Positions 21,068 to 31,960 of a DNA stretch of 64,000 nt are shown piece after piece. Source of the DNA: Schizochytrium sp. TIO01. Taxonomy: Eukaryota > Protista > Bigyra: Labyrinthulomycetes. A model generated the notes under the pieces. That model had not been told where the DNA came from. It ran no database searches and worked only from the letters and a program-made list of their open reading frames with translations. Made by a program: the position numbers and the translations under genes. How positions within the stretch are numbered: position 1 is the stretch's first letter; every line of letters starts with the position of its first letter. The stretch lies in assembly GCA_004764695.1 (NCBI GenBank), contig SMSO01000034.1, positions 1,240,001 through 1,304,000 on the forward strand. The letters run 5' to 3'.

Positions 21068-24000
21068 TCACTTTCGCTTCAAGGCCGGACGTTTCGATCG
21101 GCGTTTCGCCCCAGGCAGTGATACGCTAGGCGCTACCTCGATTGACTGACTACCCATATTTGCTCGAGCAAGAGTCGTTCGTTTTGTCGACGCCCCCTGA
21201 GGAACTCGGCGTGGGCCACCCATTTGCCTCGCACGGTAATCGTCAGCTTCATGTAGAACGTCATCCACGCTCGGTCCACGGGATACTTGATACTCCTCTC
21301 CTTGATGCAGTCGTTGCCGTTGTTGCATTGACTTGGAGTTGGCTTCATACTCGAGTCTCTCTCGGCGAGCTCGAAGAATTCTAATTTTGCGCAATGAAAA
21401 ATCAAGCTCCAGTTCAACCTCAACAAGGTGGCGCTCGCGCTTGAGTTTTTGTGGAGAGGCAAGAGCATTGCTATTATTCTCCAGGTCGTCTTCATTGTCT
21501 TGAAACTCAGGGTCTGTTTCAGAATCGACCAATTTAGCGAACTCACGTTGAAGAAACCCCATGCGAGATCGAAATAAGGTTTCTGGTTTGGAATTTACGA
21601 AAAGAGACTCCCGCTCCTCGTCCAATGCCTTATACTCCTGCCGAATAACTCGCAATTCTTCTTCTGGAAAGTAATTAAAAGCCGCCATAGACTCCAATTC
21701 TTTTACAACCTGGGTCTCTGCCGCGCATACCATTTCCGCAAGCTCCAGTTCAACCGCAGAAAGGCGCTCACGATTTTCGCTCGCCCTCATTAGATCCGCA
21801 GCAAGGAGTGGTGACTTTGAATTGTTCGAAGAGGAAGAAGATTTGCGACGCGGTTTAGAGGTGTTCGCAGCTCGAGCACAAAACCCTCTCACTGTTGTTG
21901 CTAGCTTATTTGTCAGGAGCTCAGAAACGAGTGAGCTCGCTTTAATAACAGCTCCATGGTCTGTCTTCTTGCGAAGGGCCTCCAGCGACTGACGAGGCAA
22001 GTGACGTTTAATATCTTGTGTGGAGTTATTCTCATTAGCCATCAAACCTTCGTATACAGTTACATGGTGGCTACAAAGCCCTAAAGCATTGTCCTCGGCA
22101 CGAAGTGCATTACAAGCTCGCCATAGGCATGAATGTGTCAGTACATCAGCTGGTGCTGCCTCCGTTTGGAAATGGGACTCCGGGTTTTCGAGTAAATCTG
22201 TCTCAGGTACGCAACGTAGCAGGTATGCATGATGTGGTCGTGCCTTAGTTTCTCCGTCCTCAAATGGTGTCGAATCTTGGCCGTCACCTCCAATGAGACC
22301 ATTCACAGGTACCTGTCGGCCAAGAGTGTTACGTCTGGTTCCTGGTGCTACGTTGCTAGCTCGCCTCTCTCTCATTGATCCCACCGTTGACGAGGTCCCA
22401 GAAGCGCGATTGCGAGCAGGGAATACAACACTGTAACAAGCCTTTTCTTCAGCCAAAGTCAAAGCAGACTGCACTGACGATAACTCATTAGCACGAACAA
22501 CAAAGCTGCGTACCAACTCCTCTACAGCTTCCACAGGTATAGGCACGAGTTGAATCTCTCCCAAATTTGGATTATCACCCTGACTAACAATACACGAGTC
22601 TTTCGCATTCTGTACTGGCATTGCCACATACAATTGGCGAAGTGATTCATGCGCAATTTGACCGTAAATATTTCGTAGCGTCGCACGGTCCTCGGCAGAA
22701 AAGCTTCGACTACTGATCTCCCAGAATTGATGAGTTCCAAGCAGCTCACGAACAGTTGCTGGAGCAAAGTGAAATTGTGGATTTGAAGTGATGTATACAT
22801 CAGGGCACGCTGCAACAGCTCGAGAAACATCCAGGTCCTTCAGTTGAGACAGGGAGTAATGCTTTCGATGCCTTCCTTCAGCCCGAATGACACGAATCCC
22901 GTTTGTGGGCCATTGCTTGCTGTATTCTGCATCTTGAGTGGGCTCCGACACAGGCTTTAGATATTCTGAATCTGAGTCTTTCACTTGGTATATAGACCCA
23001 AGTGTTGTGCAGCGGTCGTCCTTTGGCCCATGATGTGAGAGTCGCTCTTCCAAACAAAAATAGACTCGCAAATCTATAGGGGCTTGGCCATGAGATGGCC
23101 AGAGCAACCACGAAAAAACACGTGCTGACAACAACAAGCTCTGCTCACTACCGGCAACACGACGAGTATGGCGAACTGACCGTCTAACAAATCCTAGTTT
23201 GCCAGGCGGGGAAGTTGGTGAAGATTGCCGTGACCTACGCGGCATGCCACTTGAATCTTTGGCCTCATCGCCGGACTCCCCGCCCTGTAATAAGGTATCA
23301 ATAACCAGTGGGCATTTGCTACGAATACCCGCATCTCCGAAAAGTGAACCCAATACTGATTTTAAGTCTCCAGCTTCGTCAGCAAGGATGGTTTCGCGGC
23401 GCAACAGCTCCGCGGGTCCTCCTCGGGGCGGAACAGAGGTTCGGACAGAGCTTCCTGATGCTGGTTTAGCCAACCTTGGCGTATAGGAGACACTTGCAAC
23501 ACGTTCCACGCAGAGTTCATTATCAATTTTTTCAATTGCATCCTGACATAAATTCCATGTAGCTTTATGTTTGCTTTTTGTCTTTGGTGCTGCATATTCC
23601 TTTAAGGAAAGAGCACCAAGAGAATCCTCCTCAAGTCGTCGCAGAAGTAGTTTCCATTGCAACGTTTCACTTGTTCGGTCCAACTTATCACGCAACATTG
23701 CGTCTCTAAAATGAACACACAAACGCGCGCGTTCGAGGGTTTTTTCAGCTTCTCCAAGGCATTCAAACACGAGTTCTTGAAGACGGCGTGTAGCTGTAGC
23801 CTCTTGATTACGAACTCTGCGCTCAAATGCATTTTTACGCAAGCGCTGACGTGCAATGGCAGCATCTACATCTGCATCAAATTGTCTAGACCTTGTTTTC
23901 AATTCGTCGATATATGTCTCACGGCGCTTTCGTAAACTTGTGAATGTCTGATCCATACTGCGTATACGCGCCTGTGCAGTTTCGCGAACTCTCCTGAGCT

Positions 24001-24379
24001 CTCGTTGTGAGCTTTCGCGATCGATAGATGACACCAGCACTTCATCAAATGAAGAGAACCCTGCATCTTGCATACCAAATGCTGACACCTTTTCCTGAAT
24101 GTCCTGAAGCCCTTTAGGATTCGCGTGTGCTCTTGCCCGTAGTCGGGCGCCCATGCCTTCCAAAGCTGTCATGAAATTATCGGAACCCATTGTGGAGGCC
24201 TCGACTCGCGCAGACGCTTCATCGTCCTCTGTACCTAGGATTGAGTTCGGGTCTTGCTGTGTTTCAAGGGGGATGGACCTCTCCTCTTCTTGTGAAAACG
24301 GCCTACCTGATTCAGGAGGAGTGTGAAGTCCAGTGTTGGCCAAGGACCTATGTCCTAGGCCATCGCGCGGACTCCTCAT
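21068..24379 (-). CDS. Hypothetical 1103-aa protein with N- and C-terminal coiled coils
   Basis: Uninterrupted 3.3-kb ORF; no domain recognised. Confidence 0.8.
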   Translation of the reverse strand: MRSPRDGLGHRSLANTGLHTPPESGRPFSQEEERSIPLETQQDPNSILGTEDDEASARVEASTMGSDNFMTALEGMGARLRARAHANPKGLQDIQEKVSAFGMQDAGFSSFDEVLVSSIDRESSQRELRRVRETAQARIRSMDQTFTSLRKRRETYIDELKTRSRQFDADVDAAIARQRLRKNAFERRVRNQEATATRRLQELVFECLGEAEKTLERARLCVHFRDAMLRDKLDRTSETLQWKLLLRRLEEDSLGALSLKEYAAPKTKSKHKATWNLCQDAIEKIDNELCVERVASVSYTPRLAKPASGSSVRTSVPPRGGPAELLRRETILADEAGDLKSVLGSLFGDAGIRSKCPLVIDTLLQGGESGDEAKDSSGMPRRSRQSSPTSPPGKLGFVRRSVRHTRRVAGSEQSLLLSARVFSWLLWPSHGQAPIDLRVYFCLEERLSHHGPKDDRCTTLGSIYQVKDSDSEYLKPVSEPTQDAEYSKQWPTNGIRVIRAEGRHRKHYSLSQLKDLDVSRAVAACPDVYITSNPQFHFAPATVRELLGTHQFWEISSRSFSAEDRATLRNIYGQIAHESLRQLYVAMPVQNAKDSCIVSQGDNPNLGEIQLVPIPVEAVEELVRSFVVRANELSSVQSALTLAEEKACYSVVFPARNRASGTSSTVGSMRERRASNVAPGTRRNTLGRQVPVNGLIGGDGQDSTPFEDGETKARPHHAYLLRCVPETDLLENPESHFQTEAAPADVLTHSCLWRACNALRAEDNALGLCSHHVTVYEGLMANENNSTQDIKRHLPRQSLEALRKKTDHGAVIKASSLVSELLTNKLATTVRGFCARAANTSKPRRKSSSSSNNSKSPLLAADLMRASENRERLSAVELELAEMVCAAETQVVKELESMAAFNYFPEEELRVIRQEYKALDEERESLFVNSKPETLFRSRMGFLQREFAKLVDSETDPEFQDNEDDLENNSNALASPQKLKRERHLVEVELELDFSLRKIRILRARRERLEYEANSKSMQQRQRLHQGEEYQVSRGPSVDDVLHEADDYRARQMGGPRRVPQGASTKRTTLARANMGSQSIEVAPSVSLPGAKRRSKRPALKRK

Positions 24380-24844
24380 TGCGCGAGAACCTCGCCAGGA
24401 GCTCCGACTTTGGTCGTCTCTGTGCGAAAGTAAACAAACAAAATTATTACTTTCTTTGGTGGCCGTTAGACAATGAGAACGCCTTATTAGAAAATAAAAT
24501 TAAGATAAAGAAGAATTACAAAATCAGCTGAGCACAGACAGGCCTTGCATATTTCGTAATGCTTTGATAAGAATCTCGGCTCAGTAAGCGAGGTAAGGTG
24601 TTGAGGATGGCAGACGCAGTGAATTCTTAAGCCTTCCACGAGTGGCAGCCCAAGCAGCGAGCAATCGCCTATTGCTATATTTCTATATATTTTTTTTTTA
24701 AAAAGACCTTTTTAAGAATTAGATACATCACTCGAGCGCTGCCTCCTAAGCATAGTCCAAGTGGGTGTCAAATGAGACCCACGGCTGGGAGGAGTGAGCA
24801 CTCGAGCAGAGAGGCATATGATCTTTGTTTATAGATATTATAAT

Positions 24845-27800
24845 CTATTGGGAAGCAGGAGGGTTGATAATATGGTGAACAAGGGTCGCAACGCCGAAAC
24901 CGGTGCCAGTACCTGCAGCCGAATCCCAGACGGGGCCCGCAATGTCGAGATGAGCCCACGAAACCTTTTCGTGATTGATAAAGCGATGAAGAAACAGAGC
25001 AGCGGTGATAGAGCCGCCAGCACGTGTGCCAGTGTTCTTGAGATCAGCAATGTGGCTCTTAAGTTGCTTGGCATACGAATGCTGGAGAGGAAGTTGCCAG
25101 ACGTTCTCACCTGCAGCGCCAGCACTAGCAAGCAAGTTATTAGCAAACGCAGCCTTATCAGCAAACAAACCAGCAGTTTCCTCTCCAAGGGCAATGATGC
25201 AGGCACCCGTGAGGGTCGCAACATCGATTATTTCCTCAGCTCCTTGAGCTTGCGCGTACAAGAGAGCGTCGGCAAGAGCAAGGCGGCCTTCAGCGTCTGT
25301 GTTATTGATCTCCACTGTGGTGCCATCCGAAGCTGTAAGAACGGAGCCAGGCAACATTGCGTTCGAAGAGACCAGGTTCTCGCATGCAGGCACGATGAAA
25401 TCAACCTGTAGACTGCTGGGTTGGAGAGCCGCAATAGACTCGGCAGTACCAATAGTTGCCGCAGCACCACCCATATCGAATTTCATCACGTCAATCATGG
25501 AAGCCTCTCCAATCTTAAGATTGTAGCCACCAGAATCAAAGGTCACACCCTTACCGACAACAGCAATCCGGCGAGGCTTCTCCGTGGCACCACTTACAAC
25601 GTCAGGGGACTGGTAGCGTAAGTGGATCAGTTGGGGAGGATTAATTGATCCGCGTCCAACACCAAGGAAGAGCTGCATGCCGTGGTCGCCGTAAGAGGCG
25701 CATTCCTCCGCACTCATTGTCTTGCACTCAAGCAGGTCACTTCCGTGAGCAATGCGCTCGGCGTAAGCGGCTAGTGAGGTTGGGTTGAGGAAATTGGGGG
25801 GCGAATTCACAAGCTCAAGAGCTGTACGCGCGCCATGTGCAACGGCGGTGCCTTGAATGAGACCTTTGGAGCTGGCACCTGCCAGGTGAATGGCGACATC
25901 GTCGGATTTTGCCTTGGGAAGCTGCTTGATTGCACGTGCCGACATGAAACGTCTGTCAGGCGTCGCGCGGGTAAGAACAGCAGATACCAGAGCACTAGTC
26001 TGGATGTCATCAAGATCCAGAACAGAGACTGAAGGCTTCGAAGAAGAAGAAGAAGTGGAGGTCTTGGACTCGCCGAGAACAACAAGACCGACCTTTTCAA
26101 GAGATCTCCACGTGAGGCCAGCAGCGGCCTGAAGTCCAAAGGTCCGCAGCTGAGTTGCCGAAGGCATACCGTCCGAGGAGCGGCCGAGGCCTACCAACAG
26201 TACCTGCGTTGTCGACCCCTTGTTACCATGAGAAAGGTGCAGGACGAGGGACTGGCCTTGCTTTCCGGTGAAGCCAGCCGCCTCGCATTCCTGCACCAGC
26301 GACGTTCCCCCTAACGCAGCACCGAGCTCCGCCAGGGCGCCGCCGGCAACGCCTATGTTTGCGATACGAGCGGTTCCCAAGCGGAAGTTAGCTAGCAGAG
26401 TTAATACAAATAACGCACCCTCGAACACAGTCACAGCGACACGAGCAGGGAAGGGAGCAAGGTAAGGAGCATACCGAGAGACACAAAGATTACGTTAAAA
26501 GATCTCGGTAAACCGGAGATCTAAATAATGAACCGTCTTCCATCCCTACTAGCAGAGTCTTTTTTTATTTTGTTTTTTTGGCTCATTCATTCAACCACGC
26601 ATCACACAGCAACAGCAGCAGCAACCTATACGCATACTATATCAAAAACAAACTAACCCTAAATTTACCAAGTTGCTGCTGTAATGCTGCTGCCGTTTGA
26701 TTGTTTGTTTTATTTTTTGTTTCATTCTTTGATGCGAGAGGTATAATTGTATGTAATGAGCGTGTATGTCTGCTAGTTTGGGTATAAGTACATCCCCAAC
26801 CCCCTTCCCCCTCCATCGCCGCTGTCTCTATTCCCGAGGCCGCGCAGCCGTTGATTCAAATCCAAACCTAAGCACGACGCAACGTGGCTCATGAGATACA
26901 TCGAGGATGTACATACATAATAAGTCAGTGCATGCAGGAACAGGTTCTTGATTGTTACGAGAGAGAGCAATAGCAAAGCTCGCCATGGAATAGATAATCA
27001 ATTATCATCTCTACGACGCTCCTTGCAAATCACCCATGACCTTCAATCAAGAATTCAACCCTGGATCCACTGACAAATGCCTCGCCCGCCAATCCCGAGA
27101 TTGACTTCAAATCAATAGCTGTCGTCCATCCAATATTCTCTCGCTCGCTGACTGCCTAGTCACCCGCCTGCTTTACTGCGTGCATGCCTGCCCCAAGAAT
27201 GCCTTCTACATTTGTCTCCCCACCACACCCCGAGAGCCCTCAGATCCTGTTAGTATCTCTACTATCAGAGCTCTGAGCCCACAGAGTGGCAAAGATGCAA
27301 ATGCCCAACATCATCCGGGCAGTCCGACTGGCAGACTCACAGTAAACCTTAAGACGGGCTCGTAGACTCCCGACACCCCGCGGGAGTGCCTCCTCCTCTC
27401 CTCAACCGACCTGAACAGCATGTCACTTTCCGCGTGTTTATGAAGTTGAGACCAGAGAAGAACCTGAGTTCAAAACTGACCTCTGTCTTAGTCCATTCCT
27501 AGTGGTGTGAGCAGCACGAGTTGCGAGCCCGAGACCAATTGCTCAATCAACAAACTCAAGCAATCGACCGCGTAGCACGCGACCAAGCAACTAGGCCCAC
27601 GCACAAGAGAATGTAAGCTTGCGTGAACCCCCACTGTGTCAAATGACCCTCTGTTTACTACAGAACCCTCAATGCACTTTGTGGTAGCCAAACGATCATC
27701 GTTATGCTCGCTTTCGAAGTTATCATAAAAGACACTCCATGAGACTGGAGACAATTTGGGCTATTACCGGCATGGGCAGGGGATCCGTAGCTAATTGAAG

Positions 27801-28204
27801 GCCCTCAGCGAGGCAGGAGTTCATACAGGCTTTCGTGGATTAGGGCGCGGTGATTCACACTGACAGTTCGGAGTATTAAAAGGAGAAGAGAAGAGGAGAA
27901 GGCCGTCGAGCATTAATTATCGATCCTTGATGAAGTGATACTTACGGTCTTCGAAGAGGCCAGCGGCCACGCCGTCGAGCAGCGACCAGTCGAGGGCCAT
28001 GGGCGCCTCGGTGGACACATGCACGGGGCGGGCGGCCACGCCTGCGAAGAAGGAGGGCCGCGGCGCCTCGCAGAAGACGGGCGAGCGCAGCGGAGACGAC
28101 TTCGAGGCCGCGAAGGCACCGCGCTGGGTGGGCCGCGCCACGGAGGCGAGGCGCGAGGACGCCTGCGAGAAGGCGCGTCGGGAGGCCTGACGCAGCACGG
28201 ACAT
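24845..28204 (-). CDS. M17 leucyl aminopeptidase with mitochondrial-type transit peptide; exons 28204-27946 and 26352-24845
   Basis: VGKGVTFDSGG, MKFDMGG, NTDAEGRL, DVATLTGA and WAHLDIAG. The phase-1 junction GAC C|gtaagt ... gctaac ... aacatag|GC gives ...GLFEDRVAGGALAEL. Exon 1 is R/S/A-rich. Confidence 0.88.
27236..27320 (-). ncRNA. Candidate intronic C/D-box snoRNA
   Basis: GCCC-gg-ATGATGT...CTGA...CTGA-GGGC, 85 nt, sense to the host intron. C box is imperfect and no target was recognised. Confidence 0.2.
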
Positions 28205-30616
28205 CGTGGCGGCGCTGAGTCGAGTCGCAGTGGCAGAGCTTGCGTGCTCAAGGCAGTAAGGAGTTTGATCGATCGATCGATGGATTTCCACGATTTCGAG
28301 CTATTCATTTTACGCGGGAAATCATTGCTACTAATTGATAACAATAAGTAGCAAACATAACAAAAAACATAACGTTATTCATCTTCGCTTTCGCAATTAC
28401 ATTTGTTGCAATTGCAATATTCACAATCAATGAGACGCTGAATTGATGGTGAATGAATGAATAACCCAAATCGATACAAGCAAGCCTAGCCTCGACACGA
28501 CCAGCCTTGAGAAGCGAGCACGGAGAGGAACCTCGTCGTTCATCAAACCTCGTCCTCTTTTCGAGTCCTTTCCGTGTACTGACCTATGAATACATTATTT
28601 ACGTGCTGTGGCCCTCCTCTCATTACATCCCAAAGTGCTATGCAAAAACCTAGGTAACGCATAGGAGTAGGTGCCTATGTAGTACCGCCACTTTGCCCAA
28701 CTTGTTGAAGCACAAAGCCCATCAACCCTGAATTTAACGAAGCATTCTACGCATCAAACCTGGTCTTTGTCACGTCTGCTGCCAGTAACTGGTCACCAGC
28801 TGTCTGCAAAAAGAATGTTTCGCAGCAATCATTGCCTCGAAATGTATACTGCTTTGTCAGGAAGGCATAGTTACCAGAATGTGATAATATGATAGTTCTA
28901 CTGACATTACTAGCAATAGCAGCGCTGCACTTGACTAGCGAAATGTCTATATAGAGACTAATGGCTGGGTGCTAGTGCTTACAACTACCTGAATCAATAG
29001 TGTAGCGAATAAGAGGCCACGAAAGAGTGATGAGGCGAAGAGTCCCCAAGTACACCCTTTGAGGGACCGAGGGCATAGATTAGTTGCGGAGGCAAGCTGT
29101 ATGTGGGGTTATTGTATAACGTTGGCTCAATTGTAATGGCAATGTAAATTTAATGCGACGGGGAATCAAATCAACAGAGAAATGGTGAACGGCCAGCGCT
29201 TCACGATGGGGAGGGAACAACAACCTACGCGCCAAATAGGACAGAAGCTCGATTGGGTGTGGCTTGTTAAAGACTGTGTTCGTGGTTTGCCTGTCATAAA
29301 GTAGCACTGTTGATCCACAACTGACTGTTTACCTAACCTTCTCAGCGGTAGGCAACGTTAATCAAAATCACCTTCGTAAAAACGGAGAATGGAGGTAGTG
29401 GCCACAATTCGAGATGAAAATGCAGTCGAGATGCCATTCGATACGGTGTTCACGTACCTTGAAACCGAAAGCTTTGCGTCAGCCAAAGAATGTTTTTATA
29501 ACTGTCTACAAATTCAGCCAAATCAGCTGCTCACTCCTTGAAGTTATCTGCTCCAGCCTACCTGAACGGGGCAACATAACGGTCAAGCAGTTAGCGACGA
29601 CGAACTGTCGCTCGTGGATCAGACAGAGTATGCGAACCCCTTCTCATTGTGACGGCCTTGAAAGTAGATTGTAGAATCAAAGTAAATCGGTGCCACCCGA
29701 CAGCAAATGATGAAAGCAAAGTCATCACGCCGGAATACAGAACGCTCGATCAGATTGCATAATAACTACGCACCCGAAGCTTCTGAATCGCACTCAGCCT
29801 AAACGTGCCGGGAGACTGCACATTGCTAAAGCTTTTGTTCAAGACCAAAGCAGCATTGATTCTCCATAAGGCTCTTGGCCAATCCTAAATCCAAATGCTC
29901 AACCAAGATAGTATATTTTGCTATAACCTAAACAATCACAGTGCACACTGGTATCGCAAGCCTTGGATCGCACGTGGCCAAACGTTCAAAGTTTCACAAT
30001 TTTCAGCCATCCATGGCTATATTGTTGTGGTTCTGGCTTTGATCCTGATAGCGGCAGCCAATCTTTGAAGTGCGGCAAATATGCAAACAAACCTTGGACG
30101 ACTGCAATCGGCACCGAAAGAGAGAGACACAAACAACAACGAAAACAGAAGTATACAGTTTTGTTTTGTTTTGTTTTTTTGTTTTGTTATGCTCTTGTTA
30201 TGGCTTAAAAACTAAAATAAAATATTTTAAACTCAGTAATAGGTACTACCAGGGTTTTATTATTTCTCTCTGACATTCTTTAATTTAAAAATAAATTAAA
30301 CAGGCCTATTGTATGTATATTTATAGCAAAAAATAATTTTAAATTTTAGCCTTTAGCCTTTAGCTTAAATAAATAAGATTAGAAAATGCTTTGAAGGTTA
30401 CACCTCTTTAACAATGCTGAATGCTAAGGAAGAAAGGAAGGAAGAAAGAAATTGAGACATAATAGGAAATTCATTACTTTTTAAAGTTTCATGAGATGGC
30501 ATTGAAAGAAAATATAAAAGAGTCTGAAAGAGAGTCGTAGGTAAGAAAAAGCGGAAACAGTCGCGTAACTAATCGTCGCTCTTCAACTCCACCTCGGACT
30601 CCGCAAGCTTCGCACC

Positions 30617-31723
30617 ATGTACGACTTCTGCCTCACGATGCCTTACGGCGCCCTGCTCCTGCTCGGTGGCCTCATTGGCTTGCTCAAGTCCGGCTCGGTG
30701 GCCTCCGTTCTCACGGGTAAGTATTCAAATTAATTTAGCTACATTGAGTCATCAATCCATCCGCCATCGGCCAGCTCACCGCACAGGCAGCTGCAACCTG
30801 CCAAACCGACCTTATCCTATACTACCATGCACTGCGTCGCGACTGGCAGTTTGCCGCGGCGGCGTGCTGCCCGCGCCAATTGCAAGTGTCGCGTCCCTGG
30901 CGAAGGAAACATCAAACAATACAAAAGCCTTGTTGGCTCAATTTGGGAATCTCTTTCTCTTTGGTAACACTTGCAAAATCCTCAATAGTGTCAACGTGTG
31001 CAATAGCAATCAATATGGTTGTTAACAGTATATGATCGTGGAATGCGCCAGCCTGGTTGGACTTCGATGGTCTCGCTGACGCGACACGAGAGGCTGGCTT
31101 GGCCTGGAAGCAGCTCACAGTACGCGCTGAGAAAGGCTTCCTATGCCTTTCATCACAAGCGGTTGCGCACCAATGTACGCGGACTCTTCGGGTCCTCGAA
31201 GATTCAGTTGATGTCTCCAGCATGATAACTAACTAACTAACGGAATGCGGAATACGAAATGCGAAATGCGCGAATCCATGAACCGTCGAATGTGCGGTGG
31301 AATCCTATGAATAAAACATGCCTCTCAACGATGCTTGCAATGACGTGGCGTGGGTGATGCGTTGATTGCACTAACGTCTGGGGTGTGTTACCTAAATAAA
31401 TGATGTTTGGGTTCACAGGTGGTGGCATTGGCCTTGCTCTCATTGCCATCGGCTGGACCTCGTACCAAGAGTACCTTGAGAACAAGAACCAGGATGACAA
31501 GAGGTACCGCTCCCCGACCTACGCGTACGTAGTTGTGTCTTTCGTTCTCACCCTTATTGTCACCATGCTTATGTTTGAGCGCTACCAGGAGACTGAGGCC
31601 TTCATGCCCGCCGGCTTTGTCTCCGCTATCAGTGCTCTCATGCTTGTCTTCTACGTCTACAAGCTCATGTTCTCTGGTGATGTTGGCTCGCACGCCAAGC
31701 GCGCCTACGAGCACAACGACTAA
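30617..31723 (+). CDS. TMEM14 / FAX-like membrane protein; exons 30617-30716 and 31419-31723
   Basis: MYDFCLTMPYGALLLLGGLIGLLKSGSVASV|GGGIG...FMPAG matches the TMEM14 pattern. Phase-1 junction G|gtaagt ... ctaac ... cacag|GT. Confidence 0.88.
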
Positions 31724-31960
31724 TGGGTTATGATAGTTCTTTTAGGTCATTGTCGCGCGCTTTCTACGCCTATGCTGAACGGTCAATTTGCAAAGGAAGT
31801 CTGCCTAGACGAGCGAATAATGTTGCATAGTTCTCTACATATGTGTAGAAGCCATTAATTAAATTGCAAATCAGATAACAAACAAAACAAACAAACAAAA
31901 ACTCCAAAACAAAATCGCATCATATCCACTGATTGCTAAATTCTTCATTTCTGTTTCATC

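Noticed and set aside
24794-25526. Plus-strand ORFs overlapping the LAP gene, and similar antisense ORFs in UTP4, WDR60 and the first gene
   Set aside because: Antisense shadows of codon-biased genes.
26353-26434. ORF-track N-terminus MTVFEGALFVL of the LAP
   Set aside because: GTG start inside the intron; it contains the branch point and acceptor, and the real first exon is at 28204.
27917-28291. Stand-alone 124-aa ORF
   Set aside because: Better explained as exon 1 of the LAP.
30717-31418. Possible snoRNA in the TMEM14 intron (GCCAGCCT/AGGCTGGC stem, CTGA boxes)
   Set aside because: No proper C box or H/ACA layout.
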